The notes below the pieces were generated by a model. The model had not been told where the DNA came from. It did not search any database and saw only the letters and a program-made list of their open reading frames with translations. A stretch of 64,000 nucleotides of DNA from Gammaproteobacteria bacterium (GTDB lineage Bacteria; Pseudomonadota; Gammaproteobacteria; UBA4575). Of this stretch, positions 50,331 to 59,749 are shown piece by piece; the first letter of the stretch is position 1; each line of letters opens with the position of its first letter. Location: positions 126,103 through 190,102 of the forward strand of contig CBDCTA010000022.1 of NCBI GenBank assembly GCA_965221955.1. The letters run 5' to 3'. Both the position numbers and the translations under genes were made by a program.

Positions 50331-51506
50331 ATGAGCAATTCTACCCAAAACGACGATTTATTCAGTGCTTCACTAGAGTCGATAGTTACAAGTAAACGTG
50401 TTGATAAGTTTCAGCGTTTTAAAAATGACTTTAAACGTGAATGCGATGCTACTTTAAGTAATGCACAAGAATGGATTAAGGCAGAGCTACCTATCGTCAC
50501 GGATTATGTAGATCCCGCTCTGATTAAAGATGAGCTCAAACAAGCAAAGATCTCTGATCGACGTAAATATCTATTATCTGCTTTGCTGTTTGAAAGAAGC
50601 TTAAAAGATTCAATTGACAAAAATGATGCAACTGCAGCAGCTATCATGGCGATGCATATGGTAAACCATATGTGGCAAGCTAAAGTGGAACTACACGGAT
50701 TGCAACCTATGGATTCCGCCATAGCACCTGCGGCAAGTAACTCTGCGATTGATGACTATGATGATACACGTGAAAAAATTCTTACTAGCTTAATTAAGAA
50801 AGGTGAACAATTACAACGTGAATCGCAGATTCAAGAAAAAGCACCAGTACTTAAACCTGAAAAAACTGAAAAATCTCAGACGAACATAAAAGACAGTTCA
50901 GTCAAAAATAAAAAAGTAGATGCGTGGGCCGAAGAAGTAGAAAAAAATAAAAAAAGAAAGTTATCTGCACTTTCAAAAAACAAGAAAGGCAAAAAAACAT
51001 CAAAGAAAAAATCTAATGGCATGCTATCACGTGTTAAAACAAAGCTACCTCTAAGAAGAAAAAACAAGTCACAAGAAGTACCGACTCAAGTACAAAAAAA
51101 TATACATGATGAAGACTTATTAGATGACCCAAACAGATCATCTATCATGGTAAACCCTGGATTTTCTGAAAGTATTGATGATTCTATAATAAAAGCACGC
51201 TCGGAAATATTCACGGAGGCAAACGAATCAGGAGTGAAAGTTCACAAAATTTTAAAAGCTCGTGAACACAAAAGACAGGAACCTGGCTCAAACACAATTA
51301 TCATGAAATTGGCCTCAAGTTCAACACAAAATCCAGGAGCAAAGTTATCAATTCCAGAACAATGTCAAGAAGCCATTAATGCGCTTACCGAGCAGTTCCC
51401 TGGCTATGACATGGTTGCTATCCGAAATATGGCCGCTGAAAAAGTAGGCGTATCCCCACAATATATCGAAAACTTAAATATTCTCCCAGAAAAGAAAACG
51501 GGATAA
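50331..51506 (+). CDS. hypothetical protein, orphan paralog 2 with a lysine-rich central insert
   Basis: 391-aa ORF. It shares N-terminal, middle and C-terminal blocks with the 196-aa neighbour and has an extra K/E-rich segment of about 190 aa (KNKKVDAWAEEVEKNKKRKLSALSKNKKGKKTSKKKS..RRKNK). Confidence 0.55.
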   Translation: MSNSTQNDDLFSASLESIVTSKRVDKFQRFKNDFKRECDATLSNAQEWIKAELPIVTDYVDPALIKDELKQAKISDRRKYLLSALLFERSLKDSIDKNDATAAAIMAMHMVNHMWQAKVELHGLQPMDSAIAPAASNSAIDDYDDTREKILTSLIKKGEQLQRESQIQEKAPVLKPEKTEKSQTNIKDSSVKNKKVDAWAEEVEKNKKRKLSALSKNKKGKKTSKKKSNGMLSRVKTKLPLRRKNKSQEVPTQVQKNIHDEDLLDDPNRSSIMVNPGFSESIDDSIIKARSEIFTEANESGVKVHKILKAREHKRQEPGSNTIIMKLASSSTQNPGAKLSIPEQCQEAINALTEQFPGYDMVAIRNMAAEKVGVSPQYIENLNILPEKKTG

Positions 51507-51513
51507 GTAAAAA

Positions 51514-51538
51514 AACGCCTAGTGCGAATCTAGGCGTT
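51514..51538. terminator. bidirectional rho-independent terminator
   Basis: AACGCCTAGtgcgaatCTAGGCGTT, with AAAAAAA upstream (a T-run on the minus strand). It lies between convergent genes. Confidence 0.7.
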
Positions 51539-51573
51539 CTAGTACTTTTTAAATTTTGATTAAAAAATATTAA

Positions 51574-51822
51574 TTATTTTTTAATCATGCGATAGAGTAA
51601 AAGTAAAATGAGTGCACCAATTACTGCAATCACTAAACTAACTATATTAAAACCGGTTACAGTTCCAAATCCTAATAACGTACTGATATAACCGCCCACA
51701 AAAGCACCGGCAATACCAAGCAGTATTGTTACGATAATTCCACCAGGATCCTTACCCGGCATAATCAATTTTGCTATAGCTCCTACGATTCCGCCCAATA
51801 TTACCCAAGTTAGAATGCCCAT
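51574..51822 (-). CDS. GlsB/YeaQ/YmgE family (transglycosylase-associated) stress membrane protein
   Basis: 82 aa. MGILTWVILGGIVGAIAKLIMPGKDPGGIIVTILLGIAGAFVGG is the family hallmark. AAGGAG ribosome-binding site. Confidence 0.8.
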   Translation of the reverse strand: MGILTWVILGGIVGAIAKLIMPGKDPGGIIVTILLGIAGAFVGGYISTLLGFGTVTGFNIVSLVIAVIGALILLLLYRMIKK

Positions 51823-51904
51823 GGTTTCTCCTTAATTATTATTATTTTAAAAAAACTATATTAAAAATTAATTAGTTGATTCAGCCGCATCGCCTGCATG
51901 CTCT

Positions 51905-52246
51905 TTAACCTTTCTCTGCCGCATCGCCTGCATGCTCTTTTACTTTCTCAACAACTTCTTCGGTTGCTTCTTCAGCTTTTTCCATCATGGTTTCACCACC
52001 TTCTTCAGCAACCTCTTCAATTGGTGGAAGTGAATCCCAATCAGGTAATGGCTCAAGCTTTGGCCCATCCACTGATTCAGCCGCATCACCCGCATGCTCT
52101 TTGGCCTCTTCGCCAGCGTGTTCTTTAGCTTCTTCACCAGCATGCTCAGCTGCTTCGTTAGCCTCATCACCTGCGTGTTCAGCATCGTCTTTACTGCATC
52201 CAAACATTAAAGCAGCAACTAGTAGCATTAAAATTAATTTATACAT
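51905..52246 (-). CDS. acidic repeat lipoprotein with EHAG(D/E) repeats
   Basis: 113 aa with lipobox LMFGC followed by six EHAGD/EHAGE units. AGGAG ribosome-binding site. An extra out-of-frame repeat copy lies just 3' of the stop (51868-51909). Confidence 0.6.
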   Translation of the reverse strand: MYKLILMLLVAALMFGCSKDDAEHAGDEANEAAEHAGEEAKEHAGEEAKEHAGDAAESVDGPKLEPLPDWDSLPPIEEVAEEGGETMMEKAEEATEEVVEKVKEHAGDAAEKG

Positions 52247-52301
52247 CTCGAACTCACTCCTATTGGTTTTATAATTTTTTGATTATTTATAATTATTGTA
52301 T

Positions 52302-52712
52302 TTAGTGTGTTACTTTTGGTGGCAGCTCTTTGGCATGCTCAATCCAAGCAGTAACTTCTTTTAGTGTAGGCACTCTCCTAACTAAATTCTTTTCTGCATT
52401 AACCTCTTCCATTTTAGCGGTAAGGTTTCCAGGAACTCGATTACGCAATTCTTTAACCGTATCAACACCCGATACCTCTAGTAGCTCAGAATATTCTTCG
52501 CCCACACCTTTAATTCTAAACAAGTCACACATGTTTACCCATTTAAGAATTTGACTTTCACTGCAACCGGATTTTTCTGCACAATCTTTACGACCCGCTT
52601 TAGAACAAGCTGCTTCAAGTAAACCATCTGTATCCGTAATGCCTGCTTTAGCTAACATTTCCGCATACTTTGGGCCAATGCCTTCGACAGCTTCAATTTT
52701 ATGATTTGCCAT
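52302..52712 (-). CDS. DUF4332 domain protein (helix-hairpin-helix-like)
   Basis: About 136 aa from MANHKIEAVEGIGPKYAEMLAKAGI, with a second HhH-like unit IKGVGEEYSELLEVSGVDTVKEL. Confidence 0.7.
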   Translation of the reverse strand: MANHKIEAVEGIGPKYAEMLAKAGITDTDGLLEAACSKAGRKDCAEKSGCSESQILKWVNMCDLFRIKGVGEEYSELLEVSGVDTVKELRNRVPGNLTAKMEEVNAEKNLVRRVPTLKEVTAWIEHAKELPPKVTH

Positions 52713-52922
52713 TTCAAAGAACTCCCAGCATATAGGCATGATTAGCACATACCTATAATTTTATTATGGTTATTATTATTTTATTAGAGCCACATTAAAT
52801 GTGCTCTTGTGGGTCATTATAGCAAGCAGAAACTGCTTTGGAATTGTAAATCTATGGTGCTTATTGCCTAAGGCAAAATACAAGAGGTTGATTTAACAGT
52901 AATTACAAAATGTAGATAATTG

Positions 52923-53648
52923 TTACTTATTATCAACGTCAGAAAGTTCATTTTTTACTTGCTCAAAACTTGTGTGCCGCACATCTGTACCTGCAACAGT
53001 GTAAATTACATACTCACAAATATTTTTAGCATGATCCCCAATGCGTTCTAATGAACGGGCACACCACATTACTCTTAATGCACGCTTAATCGCTCTAGGA
53101 TCCTCCATCATATGCGTAATCAGCTGTCGTATTAGTGAATCGTATTCATCATTAATTTCGCGATCACCTTGAGCAATGGCTAAAGCATTTTCAGTATCCA
53201 TACGTGCAAATGCATCCAGGCTATCGTGTAACATTTTTCGCACTTGTTCACCTAGGTGTTTAATTTCCATGAAGTACGTTGGTGTACGTTCAACAGTTGC
53301 GAGTTTTACTGCATGGCGACCAATTTTTTCTGCTTCATCACCAATTCTTTCTAAATCCGTTATGGTTTTAATCATAGTTACGACTAAACGCAAGTCACTT
53401 GCTGCGGGTTGCCTTTTGGCAATTATTTGCGTGCATTCTTCATCAATCGCCACTTCCATAGAGTTAATTTTATAATCACTGGTTGCAACATCTTCTGCCA
53501 AACTACTATCGGATCGGGTCAAAGCAATCAATGCATTCTCGACTTGTTTTTCAACCAAGCCGCCCATGTTTAACACCTTGCTACGCAGTGATTCTAAATC
53601 CTCATCAAATTGATGTGATATATGATGCCCAATTTCTTGATAAACCAT
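52923..53648 (-). CDS. phoU: phosphate signalling complex protein PhoU
   Basis: 241 aa with two PhoU repeats carrying ERIGDEAEKI and ERIGDHAKNI. Lies downstream of pstB. Confidence 0.95.
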   Translation of the reverse strand: MVYQEIGHHISHQFDEDLESLRSKVLNMGGLVEKQVENALIALTRSDSSLAEDVATSDYKINSMEVAIDEECTQIIAKRQPAASDLRLVVTMIKTITDLERIGDEAEKIGRHAVKLATVERTPTYFMEIKHLGEQVRKMLHDSLDAFARMDTENALAIAQGDREINDEYDSLIRQLITHMMEDPRAIKRALRVMWCARSLERIGDHAKNICEYVIYTVAGTDVRHTSFEQVKNELSDVDNK

Positions 53649-53667
53649 GAATACCTCTCAGTAATAA

Positions 53668-54492
53668 TTAACCGTAACGGCCAGTAATGTAGTCTTCGGT
53701 TTTCTTTTCATTTGGATTGGTAAACAGTTGGTCTGTTGCGCCAAATTCAATTAACTCGCCTAAATATAAAAAAGCAGTGTAGTCTGAAACCCGTGCAGCT
53801 TGCTGCATATTATGGGTAACGATAACCACCGTATATTGCTCTTTAAGTTGAATAATCAATTCTTCAATTTTTAGTGTTGAAATAGGATCTAACGCAGAAG
53901 CCGGCTCATCCAACAAAATAACTTCTGGTTGAATCGCAATCGCTCTTGCAATCACTAAGCGTTGTTGCTGACCGCCAGAAAGCCCTAGTGCATTATCTTG
54001 CAAGCGATCTTTAACCTCTTCCCACAACGCTGCGCCTTTTAATGCCCACTCAACACGTTCATCTAATACTCTTTTCTTATTAACACCTTGCAGACGAAGA
54101 CCATAGGCAACATTTTCATAAATAGTTTTAGGGAACGGGTTAGGTTTTTGAAACACCATGCCTACTTTACGTCGCAGTTCAGCGACGTTAACCGACTTAG
54201 TATTAATGTCTTCACCATGCAACAACATTTGGCCTTCAAGGCGCACAATATCGATTAGATCGTTCATACGATTCATGCAACGCAACAAAGTAGATTTTCC
54301 ACAGCCACTAGGACCAATAAATGCAGTAACTCGTTTTTCAGGAATAACTAAATTGATGTCTTTAAGTGCTTGAGCAGCGCCATAATAAAGACCAAAATCC
54401 TTGCATTCGAAACAAGTTTTTTCATTTTCCAATTGCAAGCTTTCTTTATTAAGAAGCACTTCATGTGATACGTGTGGGGCGGCCATGGTCAT
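53668..54492 (-). CDS. pstB: phosphate ABC transporter ATP-binding protein PstB
   Basis: Walker [10 protein letters not shown], signature LSGGQQQR, Walker [11 protein letters not shown]. Confidence 0.95.
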   Translation of the reverse strand: MTMAAPHVSHEVLLNKESLQLENEKTCFECKDFGLYYGAAQALKDINLVIPEKRVTAFIGPSGCGKSTLLRCMNRMNDLIDIVRLEGQMLLHGEDINTKSVNVAELRRKVGMVFQKPNPFPKTIYENVAYGLRLQGVNKKRVLDERVEWALKGAALWEEVKDRLQDNALGLSGGQQQRLVIARAIAIQPEVILLDEPASALDPISTLKIEELIIQLKEQYTVVIVTHNMQQAARVSDYTAFLYLGELIEFGATDQLFTNPNEKKTEDYITGRYG

Positions 54493-54529
54493 TTTCCTAT
54501 ACTCCTAATCCTTATCTAATATATGGATT

Positions 54530-56206
54530 TTAGTGTTGTTCTAGGCTCCTATATTTTTCTCTCAAATGATTGCGAATATATATCGCAGATAAATTTAAAA
54601 TTATGATGACCACAACCAATATTAGTGCAGTTGCATAAACCAATGGTCTCGCGGCCTCTACATTGGGGCTTTGAAAACCCACATCATAAATATGAAAACC
54701 TAAATGCATAAACTTTCTTTCTAAATGCACAAAGGGTGCATTCATATCCAATGGCAACGAAGGTGCTAATTTTACTGCACCGACAAGCATTAATGGAGCT
54801 ACCTCACCTGCCGCACGTGCAACCGCTAAAATCAGTCCCGTCATCATCGCAGGACTGGTCATCGGTAAAACGGTGCGCCATAACGTTTCTGCTTTGGTTG
54901 CGCCTAAAGCAAGTGATCCTTCTCTAACTGCCCTCGGAATACGTGAAAGACCTTCTTCTGTTGCAACAATCACCACGGGTACAGTAAGCAGAGCTAGTGT
55001 CAATGATGCCCAAAGTATTCCGCCAGACCCAAAGGTAGGTGCTGGCAATGCCTCTCTGAAAAATAGTTCGTCTATCGTGCCACCGACCACATAAACAAAA
55101 AACCCTAAACCAAATACGCCATAAACAATGGATGGCACGCCTGCCAAGTTATTTACAGAAATTCGTACTAAGCGCGTAACAAACCCTTGATGTGCGTATT
55201 CTCGTAAATAAATCGCTGCAATCACACCAAATGGCGTAACGATTATGGACATCAGCAAAACCATCACTACTGTGCCAAAAATGGCTGGAAAGATTCCACC
55301 CTCAGTATTGGCCTCACGCGGATCATCCGTAATAAAGCCCCAGAAGGTTTTAATATAAAACAATATTTTTTCACCCAAATTCATGGCATTGGGGCGATAT
55401 GCTTTAACTACATTTGCGAGCTTGATCTCTTTTTCGCCACCCGTCATCTCGCGCAATACGATACTGTCTTGAGAAATTTCTACATAGAGATTATCCAACT
55501 CTTCTTTTAAGACTTCATAATCTGCTGTGTATTTAATTTTTTCATCTTCAAGTTTTTTAAATGCATTAGGATCATCAACCTTATCTAATTCTAAGCCTCG
55601 TTTCTTTAAACGTATTTTTTCTAGTTTGAAATTAATCGCACCTATTTCATCTTTTTCAATATGTTCTATTCTTTTTCTAAGTTGAAAAACATTATCAAGA
55701 CGTTGCTCTAGATCTTGCCACTTAATTTCATCATATAGGTTTAGAACTTTACCTTTTGATTTGATCTCTTTTAAAAAACCGTAAAAATTACCCCATTGTG
55801 TACGCTCTAAAACTAAAACATCTTTAGGGGTTTCAATATTTAATTCATTAGGCGCAACAGTGAGCATGAAATCAACACCTAATATTTCACGGTTGCCCAC
55901 CTTAATTAAACTACGCTCAATCTGTTCATCCTCAGAGCGCACTTTAATGCCTGACTCTATTATTCTCTGTCGAGCAACTACTTCTGTCTCAACTCTCTCA
56001 CCAATTATCGTTGCATGCTGGGTTCCATTGTCGTATTCAATTTCATAAACCGTTTTTGGCCAAAAATGACCAAGACCACGTGATGCTATTAAAAGCAATA
56101 AACCAAATACCATAATCATGCTGATTGCTACAGCACCCGCATTCAGCCACACCCACGGAGTACCCGATGACATAAATGTTTTAAAGTTATTGTTCTTATT
56201 CTTCAT
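54530..56206 (-). CDS. pstA: phosphate ABC transporter permease PstA (long form)
   Basis: 558 aa with a large N-terminal extracytoplasmic insert followed by the permease core (..GSLALGATKAETLWRTVLP..). Confidence 0.9.
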   Translation of the reverse strand: MKNKNNNFKTFMSSGTPWVWLNAGAVAISMIMVFGLLLLIASRGLGHFWPKTVYEIEYDNGTQHATIIGERVETEVVARQRIIESGIKVRSEDEQIERSLIKVGNREILGVDFMLTVAPNELNIETPKDVLVLERTQWGNFYGFLKEIKSKGKVLNLYDEIKWQDLEQRLDNVFQLRKRIEHIEKDEIGAINFKLEKIRLKKRGLELDKVDDPNAFKKLEDEKIKYTADYEVLKEELDNLYVEISQDSIVLREMTGGEKEIKLANVVKAYRPNAMNLGEKILFYIKTFWGFITDDPREANTEGGIFPAIFGTVVMVLLMSIIVTPFGVIAAIYLREYAHQGFVTRLVRISVNNLAGVPSIVYGVFGLGFFVYVVGGTIDELFFREALPAPTFGSGGILWASLTLALLTVPVVIVATEEGLSRIPRAVREGSLALGATKAETLWRTVLPMTSPAMMTGLILAVARAAGEVAPLMLVGAVKLAPSLPLDMNAPFVHLERKFMHLGFHIYDVGFQSPNVEAARPLVYATALILVVVIIILNLSAIYIRNHLREKYRSLEQH

Positions 56207-56208
56207 AC

Positions 56209-58488
56209 TTATAACGTGCTGTATTTTTCGCGTAGCCGTTGACGTACGATTTCTGCGATAGTGTTAAAGAAAAACGTAAACAAAAATAAAACCAGTGCAG
56301 CAAGAAATAAGATCCTAAAGTGTGTGCTATCTACTTCCGACTCAGGCAGCTCAACCGCCACATTTGCGGATAGTGTGCGCATCCCTTCAAAGATACTAAA
56401 GTCCATCACTGGAGTATTACCTGTTGCCATGAGCACAATCATGGTTTCACCCACTGCACGACCTAAACCAATCATGGTGGCAGAAAATATACCTGGACTT
56501 GCCGAAGGAAGTACGACTCGCACCAATGTTTGCCAGGGTGTTGCACCTAACGCCAAAGATCCCGAAGACAAATGTTTAGGCACACTAAAGATAGCGTCTT
56601 CCGCAATCGAAAAAATTGTCGGAATCACTGCAAAACCCATTGCAATTCCGATAATGATTGAATTTCTTTGATCATAACCAACCCCCATGCTGTCGGTTAA
56701 CCATAATCGCATGTCGCCGTCAAATAACACGCGCTCCATCCATGGACTTATACCGAGTGCAATCCATCCACATATAAGAACGATTGGAACCAAAAGCGCG
56801 GCTTGCCATCCATCAGGTATACCATTTTTAATTTTTTCAGGTACATACCACCAAACCACACTTGCTAATAGAATACCTAAAGGTAACGCAAGCAAAGATG
56901 CAAATACTCCAGGCAAATGTGCTTCAACAAAGGGTGCTAACCAAAGCCCTGCAAGAAAACCTAAAATTACAGTGGGCAGTGCTTCCATAATCTCGATGGA
57001 AGGCTTTACAACCCCACGCATTTTTGGTGCCATAAAATATGCAGTGAAGATTGCACCGCATATAGCCAAAGGCATTGCCACTAACATGGCATAAAAAGCC
57101 GCTTTGAATGTTCCGAAAGTTAAAGGTGTAAGACTAAACTTTGGTTCAAAGTCACTCGATGCTGAAGAAGATTGCCAAATATAATCTGGCTCAGGGTAAC
57201 TTTCGTACCACACTTTACCCCAGATAGAGCTTAAAGATGCTTCTGGATGTTCACTATCCAACTCCCAAACATGAAGCTTGCCGGTTTGGTCTTCAGAAAT
57301 GATTTTATTACTTCTTGGGGCAATACCAAGATGACGTAATGGTTGATCTACTATGTTTTCAGTAATGACATGTCGAGACGCTGTGGTATGAAAGATGGAA
57401 ATATTTCCATCTTCATCTGTTACCACAAACCCTTTGCGTAATTGCTCTGCAGTAATACTAGAAATTTTTGCATCACCACTCTTAAATTGCCTAATTGGAG
57501 TTAGGCGATACGCACCAAATTCATCACGCACTAAAAATAGTTGGTGAATATTGCCGTGATCATCAGCAAGCAATAAAGATATCCCACCAATTAAAAACTC
57601 TAGCACCGTGGGATTACTTTCTTCACCTAATACCAAAACATCTTCTATATGAATTGGCTCATCTTTTTTACGGATATCGTAATAAGCAATTGCACCTTTT
57701 TGATTTAGCAAATATAACCACTGTCGTTCAGGAGAAATAAGCGCTTTGATCGGTACATCCGGATAAGAAAGTTGTACTAGACTGGTAAGCTCTAAAGAAA
57801 TTTCATCCTCATCTAAAAAAGAAGACTGCTTTTCAAAATTTATGAGCCTTGGGCCACTGTCTGTATGTGCGAATACTGTAATACCGTCTTCATTATCGCT
57901 TACCGCAATACTTGAAAGGGTTTGTGAACCAATTTCTAAATTTAACGGGTCTTTACCATAAGGATAGGTAATACTTGGAATAATTGTGCGCGTACCTTGA
58001 CCGTAATTTGCTGAATATTGATGTCTAAAAATAAGCACCTTGCCATTACTCAGTCCCAAACCCACAACATTTCTTTCTTTATCGATGTGCCCCCAGCTAC
58101 TAATTTCTACTTGATCATCCTCAAGAAGATTGCTCGTCGCAATATTCTTACCACTATCAACATAGAAAAAACTTACAACACCCGCATCATCAAGTCGCAT
58201 CCCGATTTCTGCTTGTTCCTCAATGGAAAATAGTAATGTCTTTCGACCATCATTATTAGCAAGAGAAAAGCTTGCAACTTCATGTAAAGAAGCCCCTTTA
58301 AATAGTGGAAAGACTACCGCAAACAAAAATAAAAAAATTAAGATGATGGAGCCTATAACCGCAATCCCACCTGCGCCAACTAGATAACGAGCCAGCACAT
58401 CTCGAATTGATCTTCGTCTCCATAAGACGTGATCAAATTCCAGTGGCTTTGGAACAGGAGGTTCTGAAACGCCTGATTCTTCTGACAT
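56209..58488 (-). CDS. pstC: phosphate ABC transporter permease PstC (long form)
   Basis: 759 aa with a periplasmic N-terminal domain of about 450 aa followed by the permease core (..GSLALGATPWQTLVRVVLP..). Confidence 0.9.
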   Translation of the reverse strand: MSEESGVSEPPVPKPLEFDHVLWRRRSIRDVLARYLVGAGGIAVIGSIILIFLFLFAVVFPLFKGASLHEVASFSLANNDGRKTLLFSIEEQAEIGMRLDDAGVVSFFYVDSGKNIATSNLLEDDQVEISSWGHIDKERNVVGLGLSNGKVLIFRHQYSANYGQGTRTIIPSITYPYGKDPLNLEIGSQTLSSIAVSDNEDGITVFAHTDSGPRLINFEKQSSFLDEDEISLELTSLVQLSYPDVPIKALISPERQWLYLLNQKGAIAYYDIRKKDEPIHIEDVLVLGEESNPTVLEFLIGGISLLLADDHGNIHQLFLVRDEFGAYRLTPIRQFKSGDAKISSITAEQLRKGFVVTDEDGNISIFHTTASRHVITENIVDQPLRHLGIAPRSNKIISEDQTGKLHVWELDSEHPEASLSSIWGKVWYESYPEPDYIWQSSSASSDFEPKFSLTPLTFGTFKAAFYAMLVAMPLAICGAIFTAYFMAPKMRGVVKPSIEIMEALPTVILGFLAGLWLAPFVEAHLPGVFASLLALPLGILLASVVWWYVPEKIKNGIPDGWQAALLVPIVLICGWIALGISPWMERVLFDGDMRLWLTDSMGVGYDQRNSIIIGIAMGFAVIPTIFSIAEDAIFSVPKHLSSGSLALGATPWQTLVRVVLPSASPGIFSATMIGLGRAVGETMIVLMATGNTPVMDFSIFEGMRTLSANVAVELPESEVDSTHFRILFLAALVLFLFTFFFNTIAEIVRQRLREKYSTL

Positions 58489-58621
58489 GCTTATAATTAT
58501 TCTTATTGAATACAGGAATGTATGAGTATACTCGAAAAAAAGGCCCTGTATTACAGGGCCTTTCAGTTACTTGGCAAATGCCATTTAAACCTAATCTAAA
58601 AACTATAAAATGGTTATTTTT

Positions 58622-59632
58622 TTATTCTGCAGCACTAACCTTCATAGCACTTTTTTCTACATCAATAGAAGCCAATGCTTTGTCAGCAACTTTTGAAGGT
58701 AGAGGAATATACCCATCTTTAACAACTACTTTCTGACCTTGAGTGGATAACACCATTCTAATGAATTCGCTCTCAAGTGGAGAAAGTGGCTTACCTGGTG
58801 CTTTGTTTACATAAACGTATAAGAAACGTGCAAGGGGATAATCTCCAGTAATCGCATTATCTGGAGTCGCATCTACATGTGTAGAACCACCCTTGGATAA
58901 TGCAACCGCTTTCACGCCAGAGGTTTTGTAACCAATGCCTGAATAACCAATTCCATTTAAAGAAGAAGATACGGATTGCACTACAGAGGCTGAACCTGGT
59001 TGCTCATTCACATTAGATTTGTAGTCACCTTTGCAAAGTGCTTTTTTCTTAAAGTAACCGTAGGTACCTGATACTGAGTTGCGACCAAACAATTGAATGT
59101 CTCGCTTCGCCCAATCACCTTCTAGACCAAGATCACCCCAGGTTGAAATATCTGATGCACCGCCACAAGTACGTGTACTTGAGAACACGGCATCTACTTG
59201 CTCAATACTCATGCCTTGAATTGGATTATCTTTATGAACGTAAACCGCTAAAGCATCAATCGCTACTGGAATTGCAGTAGGCTTATAGCCAAATTTTTTC
59301 TCAAACGATGCAAGTTCTTTATCTTTCATTTTGCGACTCATCGGACCAAGGTTCGATGTACCTTCAGTCAATGCAGGTGGCGCAGTTGATGAGCCCGCTG
59401 CTTGAATTTGGATATTAACGTTTGGGTAAAAACGTTTATATTCTTCTGCCCAAAGTGTCATTAAATTTGCCAAGGTATCCGAACCGACACTAGATAGATT
59501 GCCCGATACGCCACTGGTAGCTGCATACTCACCTAGATCAGCATCTACACTTACTTCAGCTGAAACCGTTGCTGCCGAAGTAAAAAGCAATACTGTAGTA
59601 ATCACGTAAAATTTCTTAATCAATGCGTACAT
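58622..59632 (-). CDS. pstS: phosphate-binding protein PstS
   Basis: I prefer the start [25 protein letters not shown] (signal peptide), preceded by AGGAG. PBP fold with ..GSDTL.. and ..GTYGYF.. patterns. First gene of pstSCAB-phoU. Confidence 0.9.
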   Translation of the reverse strand: MYALIKKFYVITTVLLFTSAATVSAEVSVDADLGEYAATSGVSGNLSSVGSDTLANLMTLWAEEYKRFYPNVNIQIQAAGSSTAPPALTEGTSNLGPMSRKMKDKELASFEKKFGYKPTAIPVAIDALAVYVHKDNPIQGMSIEQVDAVFSSTRTCGGASDISTWGDLGLEGDWAKRDIQLFGRNSVSGTYGYFKKKALCKGDYKSNVNEQPGSASVVQSVSSSLNGIGYSGIGYKTSGVKAVALSKGGSTHVDATPDNAITGDYPLARFLYVYVNKAPGKPLSPLESEFIRMVLSTQGQKVVVKDGYIPLPSKVADKALASIDVEKSAMKVSAAE

Positions 59633-59692
59633 TAAATAACTCCTGAATTTATGGATATTTCTAATTTTCGAAATCAAGCTTAGGATTCATGT

Positions 59693-59732
59693 GTTACAAG
59701 CATATGCTATGAATATTACAGTTTTGTTAAAA
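59693..59732 (-). promoter_or_regulatory. putative Pho boxes upstream of pstS
   Basis: Minus strand: TTTTAACaaaaCTGTAATattcATAGCATatgcTTGTAAC. These are four 7-mers in 11-bp phase resembling CTGTCAT-N4-CTGTCAT, about 60 nt upstream of the pstS ATG. Confidence 0.55.
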
Positions 59733-59749
59733 CATAACCCATTGTTTTT

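Noticed and set aside
51898-52274. Alternative-frame ORFs over the EHAG-repeat gene (51898-52128 +, 51987-52274 +, 51985-52203 -)
   Set aside because: They are artefacts of the repetitive GC-richer sequence being open in several frames. Only the minus-strand frame has a ribosome-binding site, a lipoprotein signal and a coherent repeat structure.
56261-57094. Plus-strand ORFs 56261-56671 and 56687-57094, and similar ones in pstA, pstB and the porin gene (54736-55094, 62021-62965 minus)
   Set aside because: They lie antisense to well-supported pst and porin genes and are typical shadow ORFs.
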